Positions 12,480-25,231 of a DNA stretch of 64,000 nucleotides are shown here, piece after piece (within the stretch, counting starts at the first letter, position 1; every line of letters starts with the position of its first letter). Made by a program: the position numbers and the translations under genes. Under the pieces are notes generated by a model, which did not search any database, was not told where the DNA came from, and saw only the letters and a list, made by a program, of their open reading frames with translations. The DNA comes from Nemertoderma westbladi (lineage: Eukaryota > Animalia > Xenacoelomorpha): positions 1 through 64,000 of the forward strand of contig JAUCBJ010008594.1 of NCBI GenBank assembly GCA_032718475.1, in the 5' to 3' direction.

Positions 12480-13650
12480 AGCCAAAATTGTCCGGGCCTC
12501 CCTTCCCTTGTTTCTGCTCTTGAGCATGTATTTTCTGATATTGACATTGAATTGGATTCAGAAATTAAATATAGACAATGGACCTCTAACTCTGAACTTG
12601 TTGTCAAGCTAAGCACTGTTGATGAGTATATTGATTTTGCTTCTAAGCTAATTTATAATGGTTTGCAACATTCATTCATATCTAAAATGCAATCAGAAAG
12701 GCTTTCAAAGTTAAAAGAAGAACTATCATCCTCAGACTGCATAGTCCTCTTAGTTCGCTGAGAATTACAGTTTTGTTTGTCAAGATGCTGTTCAAGGGTA
12801 TCACTGGGACAACACACAGGCAACTGTTCATCCTTTTGTTGTTTACCTTAAAGATAAAAGTTCAACAAAATTGGTGTCCTACAGTTACTGTGTAATTGGT
12901 GATGAGAGAGATCATACATTTCATACATACATTTCTAAGCGCATTAATACTCCATATAAAGAATCAGTTTCCCCAAATTCAAGGTACAGTTTTCATTACT
13001 TTTCTGATGGTTCTTCGCAACAGTATAAGAATTGTAAAAACTTTACAAACCTTTGTATGCACCAAGCAGACATAGCTGTAGAAGCTGAGTGGAATTTTTT
13101 TGCAACATCCCATGGGAAAAGTACTTGTGATGGCATAGGAGGAACCTCCAAAAGGTTGGTTGCCAGGGCTAGTTTGCAGGCCTCAAGTGATAGTCAGATA
13201 TTAACTCCAGCAGATATGTTTAAATTGTTAAACACAAATGTCAAAAATGTCCACTACTTTTATATTTCTAAAGAAGAAGTTGCACAACATACTTCTAAAA
13301 TAACTTCAAGACTTACTGATGCAGCAACAGTATCTGGCACACGGAGTCATCATAAATTTGTTCCTATTGCAGGAGATTCGAATCATCTAAAAATGTTTAG
13401 AATCTCTGCTGATTCTGACTTCACCATCATGTCACCTACATCACATTTGTCACCAGTTTCAGCTGAGGTAGATATAGGAACAGGAAAGTGGGTTTCAGTA
13501 ATATACAGTATGTTAAGGCCTGGTACTTAGGAATGATAGAAGATCATTCTGACGAGTATAATGATATATATGTCACATTCATGCACCAAGCCCAAGCACA
13601 ACAATCCTCTAAACTAAACTGGAAATGGCCTGCACAGAAGGATGAGTGTC
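12480..13650 (+). pseudogene. Frameshifted DDE transposase, Sola2-like
   Basis: QDAVQGYHW-TQATVHPFVVY, FSDGSSQQYKN, WNFFATSHGKSTCDGIGG and GTRSHHKF motifs spread over broken ORFs. Confidence 0.7.
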
Positions 13651-14001
13651 AGACCGACCGACCAACAGACAGACCTACATTCAGGTTGTCAGAAAGACAG
13701 ACAGACAGAAAATGCCGTAAAACAAGATAAGTAACCTCGCATATGAAATCAGAGACTAGCAAAACCCAAAACAAAACTAATATCTAGATGGTGTGCTTTC
13801 CAACATTTTGATAGAATGACTGAAAGACAGACCGGCGGACAGACATCCATAACTCGAGAAGTAAAATAGATTTCGATAAGCCGTTTCCAGATTTGGAATT
13901 CTTATTAAAACCTGTTCTAGATGAAATAAAAAAAAATCGAAAATTTCGATCTGGGGGTGGGGGGGGGGGGAGTACCCCCCCCCCCCCCCCCCCCCCCTTA
14001 A
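13650..14001 (+). mobile_element. Right end of a TTAA-targeting DNA transposon
   Basis: gaca repeats and ataactcgagaag...tctagatgaaa block similar to 50340-50430; ends in cccc|ttaa. Confidence 0.6.
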
Positions 14002-14242
14002 GGAATTTTGGTTCCACCGGCTTTAGATCCTAGAGCACCTTCGATCCTGAACGAACTTAGATCTTGGGTGAACATAGATCCTTCCCATATGAACTTACAG
14101 TACCGCTTTCAAATAACGTCGTATTGGATCCTAATAGGATCCTATTAGGATCCAAGTCACTGATTCACTACTATAGGAGTTAGGATTTAATTGGAAATGA
14201 AATTTAGCCCAAATTCCAGACTTGGAGGCACTTAGGATTTGA

Positions 14243-17200
14243 TGTGACGGGATCCGAGAGGATCCCGGTTTATCCGGTGTTGTTATCGTACGCGTCAGCC
14301 GCACCGTCGGTGGAAAAGATATAGGAGTTTTGCTTGTTCCGACGTTCTGTTAATAATATAGGATAGATAACATATAGACATAGAGATAGCACTGATGTAC
14401 CGGTGAATATACTGAGTAATACTGGTGATGGCGGTGACGGTCTAACTGTCACCGTACTACCTGACTGTAGTGACAGACTGAGATAACTGAACTAAATGAT
14501 CACTGTACAGGTAATATATACTGCACGGGTTGGCCTCATTGCATTACCCAGTCGATGCCTTCCCCCCTATTGGCTAATATCCTACTTGTCACCCTTTGCC
14601 CCCCTCTGAAGTGCTTCCCTTCGCCCTTGCTATTCTCTCTCTGTCAGGGGTGTGGCCCCTGACCCCTATTGTGTGTTTCTCCTTCCCACTTTGTTGGGGT
14701 GACACGAGGTTGATATTGGTAATCAACCTCGTGCTCCCAATATTGCTTAACGGCTTACTTTGTGGGGTGTTAGCGGAATTGAATAAGCTAACACTCCCCC
14801 CCATGCTATCTTCCCGGTGAGAAGATAGCATCCACCTCAAGTGCGCTACAATTCCGCTGGATCCCGATCTAGTATCGGGTGTGGGGTGGGATCTATTTTC
14901 TTCGGAGTCGGCTTTCCAGGCCGCTCCCTATGGGTATGATGTCACTACCCTCTGGCGTCTCGTGTCGGGCCGATCGTGCGCTTCTCTCACACAATTTTTG
15001 TTTCCCCGAACACTCTCACCCTAACTCTCGCATACTCCCGGACCTCCTCGTCCCACACTCTTCCTCTCACTTCTCCTCCCCCACACTTGAATTGCGCCCA
15101 CGCTCTCTTCGCACTCCGCACTATCACCTCTCTACTCTCTGTCACCCCCTAAGGCCCTAATTTCTAATGCTACCCCTGTGCTATCATACTATCTACCTAC
15201 TACTTACTTGCTAACTATCTAACTCTCTTACTAACTCTAACTATCTCTCTAAGCCTACTAACTTTAACTCTACTAAGTCTAACTAACTCCTACTAACTCT
15301 CTACTTCTACTAACTCTCTCTAACTCTTACCGACTCTTCTAACTACGTGGCGCTTAGGGTGCCCACGACCCCTCTACTACTAACTCTAACTAAAACCCTC
15401 TAGGTCTACCAACTCTCTAGCCCTTTAACTAGAACTCTCTAACTCTACCCACTCTTCTAACTACGTGGCGCTTGCGGTGCCCACGACCACTCTACTATCT
15501 GGCACCCTATGTGCCCGTCTCTACTACTCTACTACCTGGCACCCTATGTGCCCTCTCTACTACCTCTAACTCTCTAACTCTACTACCTGGCACCCTATGT
15601 GCCCGTCTCTACTATTCTACTCTCTGGCACCCTATGTGCCCTCTCTACTACTTCTAACACTCTAACTCTACTACCTGGCACCCTATGTGCCCTCTCTACT
15701 ACTCTACTCTATCTACATCTTACTCCCTTTCGTCTACTCGACTGCACGTGACGCTCTGAGTGCCGGCAGAGTGGGTACGTTAATTATGTGAACTACTACT
15801 AACTCTTACTAACTCTACTAACTCAACTAACTCTACTAACTATCAACTAACTCTACTAACTCTCTACTAACTCAACTAACTCTACTACTAACTTCTTGTG
15901 CCCGGCACCTCTTGTGCCCGGCACCCACCCTAATTAACATACCCTGCTCTTACATCAAACACGTCATCACGTCCGTGCCCCACTAAGTTCAACGCATCCC
16001 CTACTAACTCTAACTACGTGGCGCTTGCGGTGCCCACAACCACTCTGCTTACTACTTCCTACGTGGCGCTTACGGTGCCCACAACCTCTACTGCTACTAC
16101 TTTCTACGTGGCGCTTACTGGTCCCACGACCCTCTACTACTCTACTCTCTACTCCTAACGGTACTACGTACCCTCTACTAACTTCTCTAACTCTCTACTA
16201 ACTAACGGTACTACGTACCCTCTTACTCTTACTAACTCTCTAACTAACGGTACTACGTACCCTCTTACTAACTCTAACTCTCTCTAACTAACGGTACTAC
16301 GTACCCTCTTACTACTCTAACTCTCTCTAACTAACGGTACTACGTACCCTCTAACTCTTACTAACTACGGTACTACGTACCCTCTAACTCTTACTAACTA
16401 ACGGTACTACTCTCTTACTACCTAACTTCTACCTACTTTATTATTTAATTATTTTTATTAATTTTTAATTAAATAATTATTTTCCGTGGGAAGGGCGTCT
16501 CGCCCTCATTCCCACCCCCCTCAGTCCAAAACATTGGACGACTAAAAACTCTCAGGTGCCCCTTCTTCCAGTAGGCACTCTCCCACTGCCCTCCTATACG
16601 TCCTCTAACTCTTCGCCACACTCTCTTCGATACTACCTCTGCTGGCCTCCCCCTTCGTATGTGCGCTGGCATTAAAGGCCTCGACGACCCCCGCTCGTAC
16701 CTCGGTATACACGACGTCCGCCCATGTAATGCCCCCTCGCACTGTGCCAGTCCTGCGTGCGTATGCAACACGCCTCCTTCTACTTTCCCGGCTCCTTTAT
16801 GTTTGCTCATGGGCTTCTCTGCCCCTGGTCTAGTCCTTTCACATCCTCTCCCTTTCCAACACTCTCCGGATCTGTGTCCTTTTACCACACATCGATGACA
16901 TAGTCCGTTTGCGTCTGTGTAGGCTACACGATCTCGTTTGGGCAACGCTTGCCAGTACTTACAACTCCTGGTCTTATGGGTTCCGTCCCGATGTAATTGA
17001 CATTCGAATCCTGGATTATAGCGTTTCCTGTATAGTCCTTCACGTATCGCGCCTAGGTTTATATGTACCGATTTAGTGTTTCGATTGCCTAGACTCGGCC
17101 TACTGGGTATATTGGGATTGTGTTTATTTTTGGTGTTATTTTCTTTCTGTCCCTGCCACGGTGTGGCCCTGCTACCAGCTAACTGTGGACTAGCAGTCCC

Positions 17201-20200
17201 CTGTATGGCCGCGTGTGGTAGCGACTGTCCGCACGACCTGTTCTCGTCCAAGGGAGTTCGATGTTCTTGCTCCTATTGGGGTATATTGTCGATATTGTGA
17301 TGGGGGAATGTCACCCTGTCCCCCCCCCAGGCCGGTATGTTTGGTACTGGGGTTGATGTTAATATATTGGGGCCCATACATCTATCTCCAATAACTCTCC
17401 CCTCCCCTGGATATATGTTATGTCCCTGTGTATTATAGTCATGCTGCTGTACCGATATAGGCCTACCCACTTCTTGCCTACCTACCGGTATGTACTCCGC
17501 GGCTTCCGGGTTTAATCCCGTCGTTCGCGCTACCCTATCGCCTATTCTATCTCTCCCAGCATGGCCTATAATAGTATGCGCAGTAAGGCCTACAGTATGT
17601 CCTGCAGTCTGCATGTGCCCTTTCGAACCGAAGTTTATTCTTCTCGAATCTCGAATCTCCCCGCGACTACCGCACTCTCGATCGGCAGCTATATCCCGTC
17701 GGGAAGCTTCTCTTCGATCCCCTCTCCTGTTCTCGACTTTGCATTGGTACGTCCTGTACCCCTCTCTTGGCGTGCGGTGCGTTTCTCCGGGGCGACGGCA
17801 ATCTCCCGAAGTTCGACCCCACTGACTCCCTGACTCCATCTCTACTATCGACGGTCCGTTATCCGTCCTCGCACTCCTATCGTTCGTGGCGACACTTTTT
17901 CTACTATCTCCTCTTCTTCTCTTTTCAGTGCAGTATTCCGGCTCGTGAGATCTCTCGTCGACCTCCCGGTTAAACTCCACTGTTCTTCTTCCCTCTTCTA
18001 ATCGGGCTCGACGCTTCGTCTGCCCTCTCGCGACGTCAACCTGCCTCTCTCTGCTCGATCGCACGCCGCTGGGGATACTCGCAATCCCCCTATTACTCTC
18101 CGTCGCCGGGTGTTGCGGTTTACCTAGCTCGGCCCGCGCATTATCCGCCGACGCCTGTGGGACACTCTCTGCCCCCCCCCCTCTCTCTACTAATCTCTCG
18201 CGGTGGGGTGCCCGTAGCCCCCCCCCCCCCACCCGCCACTTCTAACTTCACTATCTCTTACTACACCTTCTGCGTCCCTCTTGTCGGACACTCTCTACCC
18301 CCCCTCTCTCGCCACTAATCTTTCGTGGTGGGGCTCCTGTAGCCCCCCCCCCCCCCCCACTCGCCACTTCTAACTTCACTACCTCTCTACTACACCTCTA
18401 CACCCCTCTTGTGGGGCATTCTCTCCCCCCCCTCTCTCGCCACTAATCTTCTGTGGTGGGGCGCCTGTAGCCCCCCCCCCCCCCCCACTCGCCACATCTT
18501 ACTTCACTATCTCTTACTTCGTCTCTACACCCCTCTCTAGTCGACGCACTGTCTCTACTACGGCTGGGTCTATTCACCCCCGCCTCTCTCTCTACTACTG
18601 CGTGGCCTATCAGGCCCACCTCGGGTTGGCTCAACCCCGCTACCTCCTGCCTACCAACTACGTGGCCTACCAGGCCGCCGTCGGGTTGGCTTAACCCCGC
18701 CACTTCCTGCCTACTAACTACGTGGCCTACCAGGCCCCCGTCTGCCGGGCTATACACGTCTGACACGCTCACATTAATAGCACCATTCCCAATATTATTT
18801 GTTAAATCAATTAAATTATTAGAATTTGAAACGGGATTATTTAAATTATTAAATTAGAATTATTTGAATTATTCTGAATATTTGAACTAATATTATTATT
18901 TGAATTTAAATTTAAATTACTACTACCAGGTAAAATATTATTTGCTGCAATAAAGGGATTAGGGTTATCTACTACGGTACTATTAATATTAACTATTTCT
19001 AACGTACTACTACTACCCCCCCCCCCGCCCGTACGGCTACACCAGTTCTGGTTCTCTCGCCCGGTGTATGTAAGTGGGGTCTCACTCTCTGATAGTTCCA
19101 ACCGCGCCAGTTCTAGTCGGCGCTGATTCAGTTTGGCTTGATATTGCGTAAGCCACTCTAGTCGGGCACGCAAATCATCCCGCACGCGCTTACTCTCTAT
19201 CTCTCTCTCCTGATCTCTACACTCCTCGGCTCTCTCTCTATCCTCCCTTTCCCACTCTCTAACACTCTGGGCTAGCTCCGCAATTTCTAAATCATACGCC
19301 AGATTTATCTCCCGCACCCTTCTTTCTTTTGCGGAGGATGTAGCAGACTTATCGGTTGCGACGGACTCCCGTCGCCCCTCCGTCCCACCAACTTTCCCCC
19401 GCCTCCCGGAACTTCCTCCGACCGACGAGACCGAATCCTCGGGTTTAACCTCGGATTCGCCCTCCTCAGGTCTCTTCCAACCCACTAATTTTACTCCCCG
19501 GGCACCGACTAAGTATGGCCCTACGTACACTACGCTAGGTTCCATACCCCCACATTCCCATAGTTCAAACAGTTCGCTGGCAACCCCTTTTGCTCTCTCC
19601 TCGGCTAGTTCTCTCTGCCCAAAATGCATTAGGTAATCAAAGTGTCTGTTCGACTCACCTAGTCGTTTCCTCAATCTCACCTCGTCTATCTTCGCCCCTC
19701 CTTTGGCCCCTCTCAGTTGCTTCCGGGTCGCGAGGTAGGCTCGTCGGAGCCGGTCGCTGACTCCGACGTCCTCGTCGCCGACCTCTCCTCCATCTCTCCG
19801 GGTCCGACGTCGTACCGGTGGCCCCACCGTCGATGTTCCGGTGGGCCGTCCGTCGCCCTCGGCCTGTGGCTGGCCGGCGACATCGGTACGTCGACCCTCG
19901 CTCCGCGTCGACTCGTCTTTCTCCTTTTCGACTCCCGACTCGTCCTCTCCTTGTAGACGGCCCCCTTCATCTTGGATCGCCGGATCGTTCGTCGACGGAT
20001 CCGGCGTTGTGGGTTGATACCGTCTCGCCGTGGCCTCGCGGATCGTTAGATCGTCGTCCGGGGTCCGCGGCGGTGTCGCTTCTCTTTCTTGACTCATCTT
20101 CAGTGTTTCCGTGGCTATCAGCTACAGTTCGGCAGGCCTAGAATTTAGACTGTGACGGGATCCGAGAGGATCCCGGTTTATCCGGTGTTGCTTATGTACG

Positions 20201-20699
20201 CGTCAAGGGCCGCACCGTTCGGTGGAAAAGATATAGGAGTTTTGCTTGTTCCGACGTTCTCTAATAATATAGGATAGATAAATATAGACTGAGATAACTG
20301 ATGTACCGGTAGAATATACTGAGTAAACTGGTGTGGCGATGACGGTCTAAATTGTCACCGTACTACCGTGACTGTAGTGACAGACTGAGATAACTGAACA
20401 AATGATCACTGTACAGATAATATATACTGCACGGGTTGGCCTCATTGCATTACCCAGTCGATGCCTTCCCCCCTATTGGCTAATATCCTACTTGTCACCC
20501 TTTGCCCCCCTCTGAAGTGCTTCCCTTTGCCCTTGCTATTCTCTCTCTGTCAGGGGTATGGCCCCTGACCCCTATTGTGTGTTTCTCCTTCCCACTTTGT
20601 TGGGGTGACACGAGGTTGATATTGGTAATCAACCTCGTGCTCCCAATATTGCTTAACGGCTCACTTTATGGGGTGTTAGCGGAATTGAATACGCTAACA
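14243..20699 (-). mobile_element. Internally deleted BEL/Pao LTR retrotransposon (gag plus integrase tail only)
   Basis: LTRs 14243-14793 and 20151-20699 (TG...CA); 5-bp TSD TTTGA; PPT tgggggggag; broken gag ORFs with Cys/His knuckles (CQLH..H..C, CHRC....H....C); 16500-16620 is homologous to the BEL integrase end at 42220-42340. Confidence 0.9.
15170..16430. repeat. Complex simple-repeat tract in the BEL 3' region
   Basis: Interspersed ctaactcta, ctacgtggcgctt, ggcaccctatgtgccc and ggtactacgtaccc units. Confidence 0.85.
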
Positions 20700-22177
20700 T
20701 TTGACTTGGATTTCATTAGGAATTTACTTGGAAATCGGCGCTTACTTTGATGTCTGGAAGGTGGACTGACTCAGACTATGCTTGTGCTGGTCCACTTCTT
20801 CTCTATCCTGTCAATCATTAAGTTGTACAGAATGTACTAGACTCAGCATAACGTTTGCGTAGTGTTCAGTTCATTGAGGTATATAATATTTAAAATATAA
20901 ACTCTAATAATAGATGAAATCCACACACATCCGCACACCTAGCTAACGTCCGTGGACTGGGCTGGCTCTGGAATAATTTGAAATCGTATTGAACTTACAA
21001 ATAAATATAGGATCACACACTGTATTTATTACTATTGAACATTTTGAGTAATAAAGAGTAAAACACAATGTTTGTGTAATTATTAATAGAATAAATATTA
21101 GTTTATTTTCATTTATTAGTTTAATTAATAATTAGACAGGGGCTAAAACTGGGCGACTAAATAAATGTATGTTATCCACGGGAAATTTTAATTTCCTATA
21201 CACATTGACATTCTGCTCACTATATACAAACACTGCTTGCTGTAAAGAGGAGTACAGGGGTAGATAATTGGGTATTCAATTATTATAGTCTTAAAAATAT
21301 ATATGGGCTATTAATTATTAGCAGCCCACTTACTGCCCAACACGCTGTATCTCATTGTGTAGTTAAATATCCGTTCGGCCCATTGCCCCACCCCCCCCCC
21401 CCCTCCCTTCCCGACATAGATAAACTGTAATATTGAATGCCATATTTTACTGAAACACACAAGTTCCGTATTTAAACATAACACCCACAAACCACATTAC
21501 ACTCTCCAAGCAGATTCCGCAACATGTCACAATCCATATCGCTACCGCTACGAAAAATAAATGACATAACATCCTACAGACAGGAATTAACAGACCCGTA
21601 TGGGTGGTATAGTGGTTTGTAATACACTTAACCTCTTGGCATATTGATATTAATATTAATTTTAAATTATATTTATTATACCATGGAAATGGTAAAATAG
21701 CCAGATCTAAAAAGTTCGCACAATAATTTAAATAAAATTATTAAAAGTTTGACGTCCGAATAAAATCAGATTACGCCTTAGCAGCCCACTACTTGTTGAG
21801 GCTCACTCAACGTGTTGGCGGCCATATTTTACACAAGCGGCGATACCTTTACCGTATGGTGTAGTTAATGTTGAGTTACAGCCAGTAGTGTGTTCTTTGC
21901 ATATTTAACATTAGCCTATGGGGAGTATTGTTGTTGAAGATAAGTCAGGGGAAGGGAAATACAACTCAACCACTAGACAAAGCGGCTCTCTTTACTACAT
22001 TCAGTTAGCCCGGGAGGGTGATTGACAGACACTTCTAAGCTTTGATATTTAGCCGCTCTAGGTAGACTTACATTAGGCAAATTCCAAGTGATTTCCTAAA
22101 GGTTATTTATTTCCTATTAGGTTCCTATTAGGATCCTATTAGGATCCAATAGGACGTTATTTAAAAGCGTTACTGTA

Positions 22178-22376
22178 GATCCTTCCCATACGAACTTAGA
22201 TCTTGGGTGAACATAGATCCTTCCCATACGAACGTAGATCCTTCTCATATGAACGTAGATCCTTCCCATGCGAATTTAGATCCTTCCCATACGAACTTAG
22301 ATCCTTCCCATACGAACTTAGATCCTTCCCATACGAACTTAGATCCTATCCCATGCGAACTTAGATCCTTCCCATA
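22178..22376 (+). repeat. 21-bp tandem array
   Basis: agatccttcccatacgaactt repeated. Confidence 0.95.
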
Positions 22377-22475
22377 AGAATATATGTAGTTTGAGAGCGA
22401 GTCACTGCTTGAGTGTATGCCTTTGCATTTACATCATTAGAAGTACTGTACTGTCTGACTGTACACTTTGCATAT

Positions 22476-23597
22476 GGAAGCAGGACAATTCGGTCCCGGA
22501 CAATTCGGTCCGGACAATTCGGTCCCAAAACATGCATATTAATGGGACCGAATTGTCCGGGACCGAATTGTCCGGGACCGAATTGTCCGGGACCGAATTG
22601 TCCAGGACCGAATTGTCCGGGACCAAATTTAATTGGTACTATATAATGGTGAATGTTCTAGAACCTTAATATATATTATTATATGGTAGCTAGTGTTTTT
22701 TTTTACTAGCTAGTATTTTTTTAAAAATAAAAACAATTTACTTTTTTTTGTTAACATTATTATTTATGGTAGCTATGGTGTTTTTATGGAGCTTGTGATT
22801 TATTTACTAGCTAGTAATAGTATGTATTTAAAATGTTTAAAGCTGATTTTTTTTATATACTGCGTAAGTATACTGTATGTGCCGTTGGTTGGTAACAAGC
22901 CTAAATTATTATCCTAGATAATAGCTGGATCTCATTCAGGGACTGTTATAATATCATCAATATTGTTGGTAATTAATGTAATCAGCAACAGTTTAGGCCT
23001 AATTCTGAAATATCAATGTTTTCACAAGTGTTTTTATAATTTCAAGGAAATGCTAGCTAGTAAAAAAAAACACTAGCTACACCTTAATAAATAATATATA
23101 ATAATGTTCTCGAACACTTACCTATAACAAAAATAAAAAAAATACAGTATTTTTAAAATTTCAAAAACTTCTAGCACGTAAAAAACACTAGCTACCATAA
23201 CAAATATCTCTACTAATGTTCTAGAACATTCACCAATATCAAAAAAGCACTAAAAAGTTGCTATCAGGAACCGGACAATTCGGTCCCGGACAATTTGGTC
23301 CCGGACAATTCGGTCCTAGGACAATTCGGTCCTAGGACAATTCGGTCCCGGACAATTCGGTCCCGGACAATTCGGTCCTAGGACAATTCGGTCCCGGACA
23401 ATTCGGTCCCGGACAATTCGGTCCCATTTATTTAGTGTTTTGGGACCGAATTGTCCGGGACCGAATTGTCCGGGACCGAATTGTCCGGACCGAATTGTCC
23501 GGGACCGAATTGTCCGGGACCGAATTGTCCGGGACCGAATTGTCCGGGACCGAATTGTCCGGGACCGAATTGTCCGGGACCGAATTGTCCTACATCC
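22476..23597. mobile_element. Mutator-like MITE with 9-bp TSD and 15-bp subterminal repeats
   Basis: TSD tttgcatat on both sides; termini ggaagcaggacaattc / gaattgtcctacatcc; arrays of ggacaattcggtccc in both orientations. Confidence 0.9.
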
Positions 23598-24379
23598 TTT
23601 GCATATGCTTATTGTTCCGACAGTAATTATCATGAACGGGAGGTTGGTTTCTTAGAATATTCTTCTAGATCGTTTGAACCGCCCATGATCAGTTTTAAAA
23701 CTCAATAATATATACAGTATTACATCTTACTCTATTTAATAATTGACTAATTATTTACAAAGTGACACAGAGAATGTAACAATATCCCCATCACCGCACC
23801 AACACTGTCTTCCTTTCTGCCTTTTATTGTTTTACGGTACTACTGTAATTCACCTTTTTAATCGATGAACCCCTGCTTTTGCGAAACAACTGTACAGTAT
23901 GCACATTCATTAATTTATGAACGAAATCAAACATTATTTCCCTGTACTTGAATATATTTTATGACATTAATATTTTATAATAAGTTCAAATCAAATTCAT
24001 ATCCCATTCTGTCATTCTCAGTATAATAATAATAACTATAAACATTCAAGGCGTACTATAAAAGGCCATGATGTGCTATGTAACTGGTGACCGACAAGGG
24101 CCAGTTTTTCTAGGTTTAATTTAATTACTTATAATAATAATGAGTTTTGTTACTGGTACATTTGAAATTATAATGGTATTATTTATTTTTTCAGCGAGAT
24201 AAGCAAAAAAGTTAAAGTTATTTAGTAAGTAGTAAAGAATTAAACATAGGAATAACTGGTCCAATGTTAAGCTGCCTTGTTAAGTCTCGGCCTGTCAAAA
24301 ATTGATTGAAATTTAAAAGCTTTCAATGTGAAATCTAAGTTCGCTTCGCGGATTACGAAATGCTTTCAATAGCACAAAG

Positions 24380-25231
24380 TGGGATCTAAGTTCACCTAAT
24401 TATGATCTAAGTTCACCTAGTTAGGATCTAAGATCACCTAGTTGGGATCTAAGATCACCTAGTTAGGATCTAAGTTCGCCTACTGTAGTTAGGCTCTAAG
24501 TTCACCTAATTATGATCTAAGTTAACCTACTGTAGTTAGGATCTAAGTTCACCTACTGTAGTTAGGATCTAAGTTCACTTAATTAGAATCTAAGATCACC
24601 TAGTTAGGATCTAAGTTCACCTACTTTAGTTAGGATCTAATTTCACCTAATTAGGATCTAAGTTCACTTAATTAGGATCTAAGTTCACCTACTGTAGTTA
24701 GGATCTAAGTTCACCTACTGTAGTTAGGATCTAAGTTCACCTACTGTAGTTAGGATGTAAGTTCACCTACTGTAGTTAGGATCTAAGTTCACCTACTGTA
24801 GTTAGGATCTAAGTTCACCTACTGTAGTTAGGATCTAAGTTCACCTACTGTAGTTAGGATCTAAGATCACTTAATTAGAATCTAAGATCACCTAGTTAGG
24901 ATCTAAGTTCACCTACTTTAGTTAGGATCTAAGTTCACCTACTGTAGTTAGAATCTAAGTTCACTTAAAGATCACCTAGTTAGGATCTAAGTTCACCTAC
25001 TTTAGTTAGGATCTAAGTTCACCTACTGTAGTTAGGATCTAAGTTCACTTAATTAGAATCTAAGATCACCTAGTTAGGATCTAAGTTCACCTACTTTAGT
25101 TAGGATTCTAATTTCACCTAATTAGGATCTAAGTTCACCTAATTAGGATCTAAGTTCACCTAATTAGGATCTAAGTTCACCTAATTAGGATCTAAGTTCA
25201 CCTAATTAGGATCTAAGTTCACCTACTTTAG
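24380..25231 (+). repeat. 21/26-bp satellite array, left of Gypsy
   Basis: aggatctaagttcacct(aatt/agtt/actgtagtt/actttagtt). Confidence 0.97.

Larger units (their letters stand above)
14098..22175. mobile_element. Tc1/mariner-type non-autonomous element (TA TSD) inserted in the 21-bp array and itself split by a BEL element
   Basis: ta|cagtaccgctttcaaataacgtcgtattggatcctaatagg ... cctattaggatccaataggacgttatttaaaagcgttactg|ta; removing it restores gaactta-gatcc. Confidence 0.85.

Noticed and set aside
22391-23708. ORFs with GPNCP/TELSG/RTIRS repeats
   Set aside because: Translations of a stop-free 15-bp MITE subrepeat
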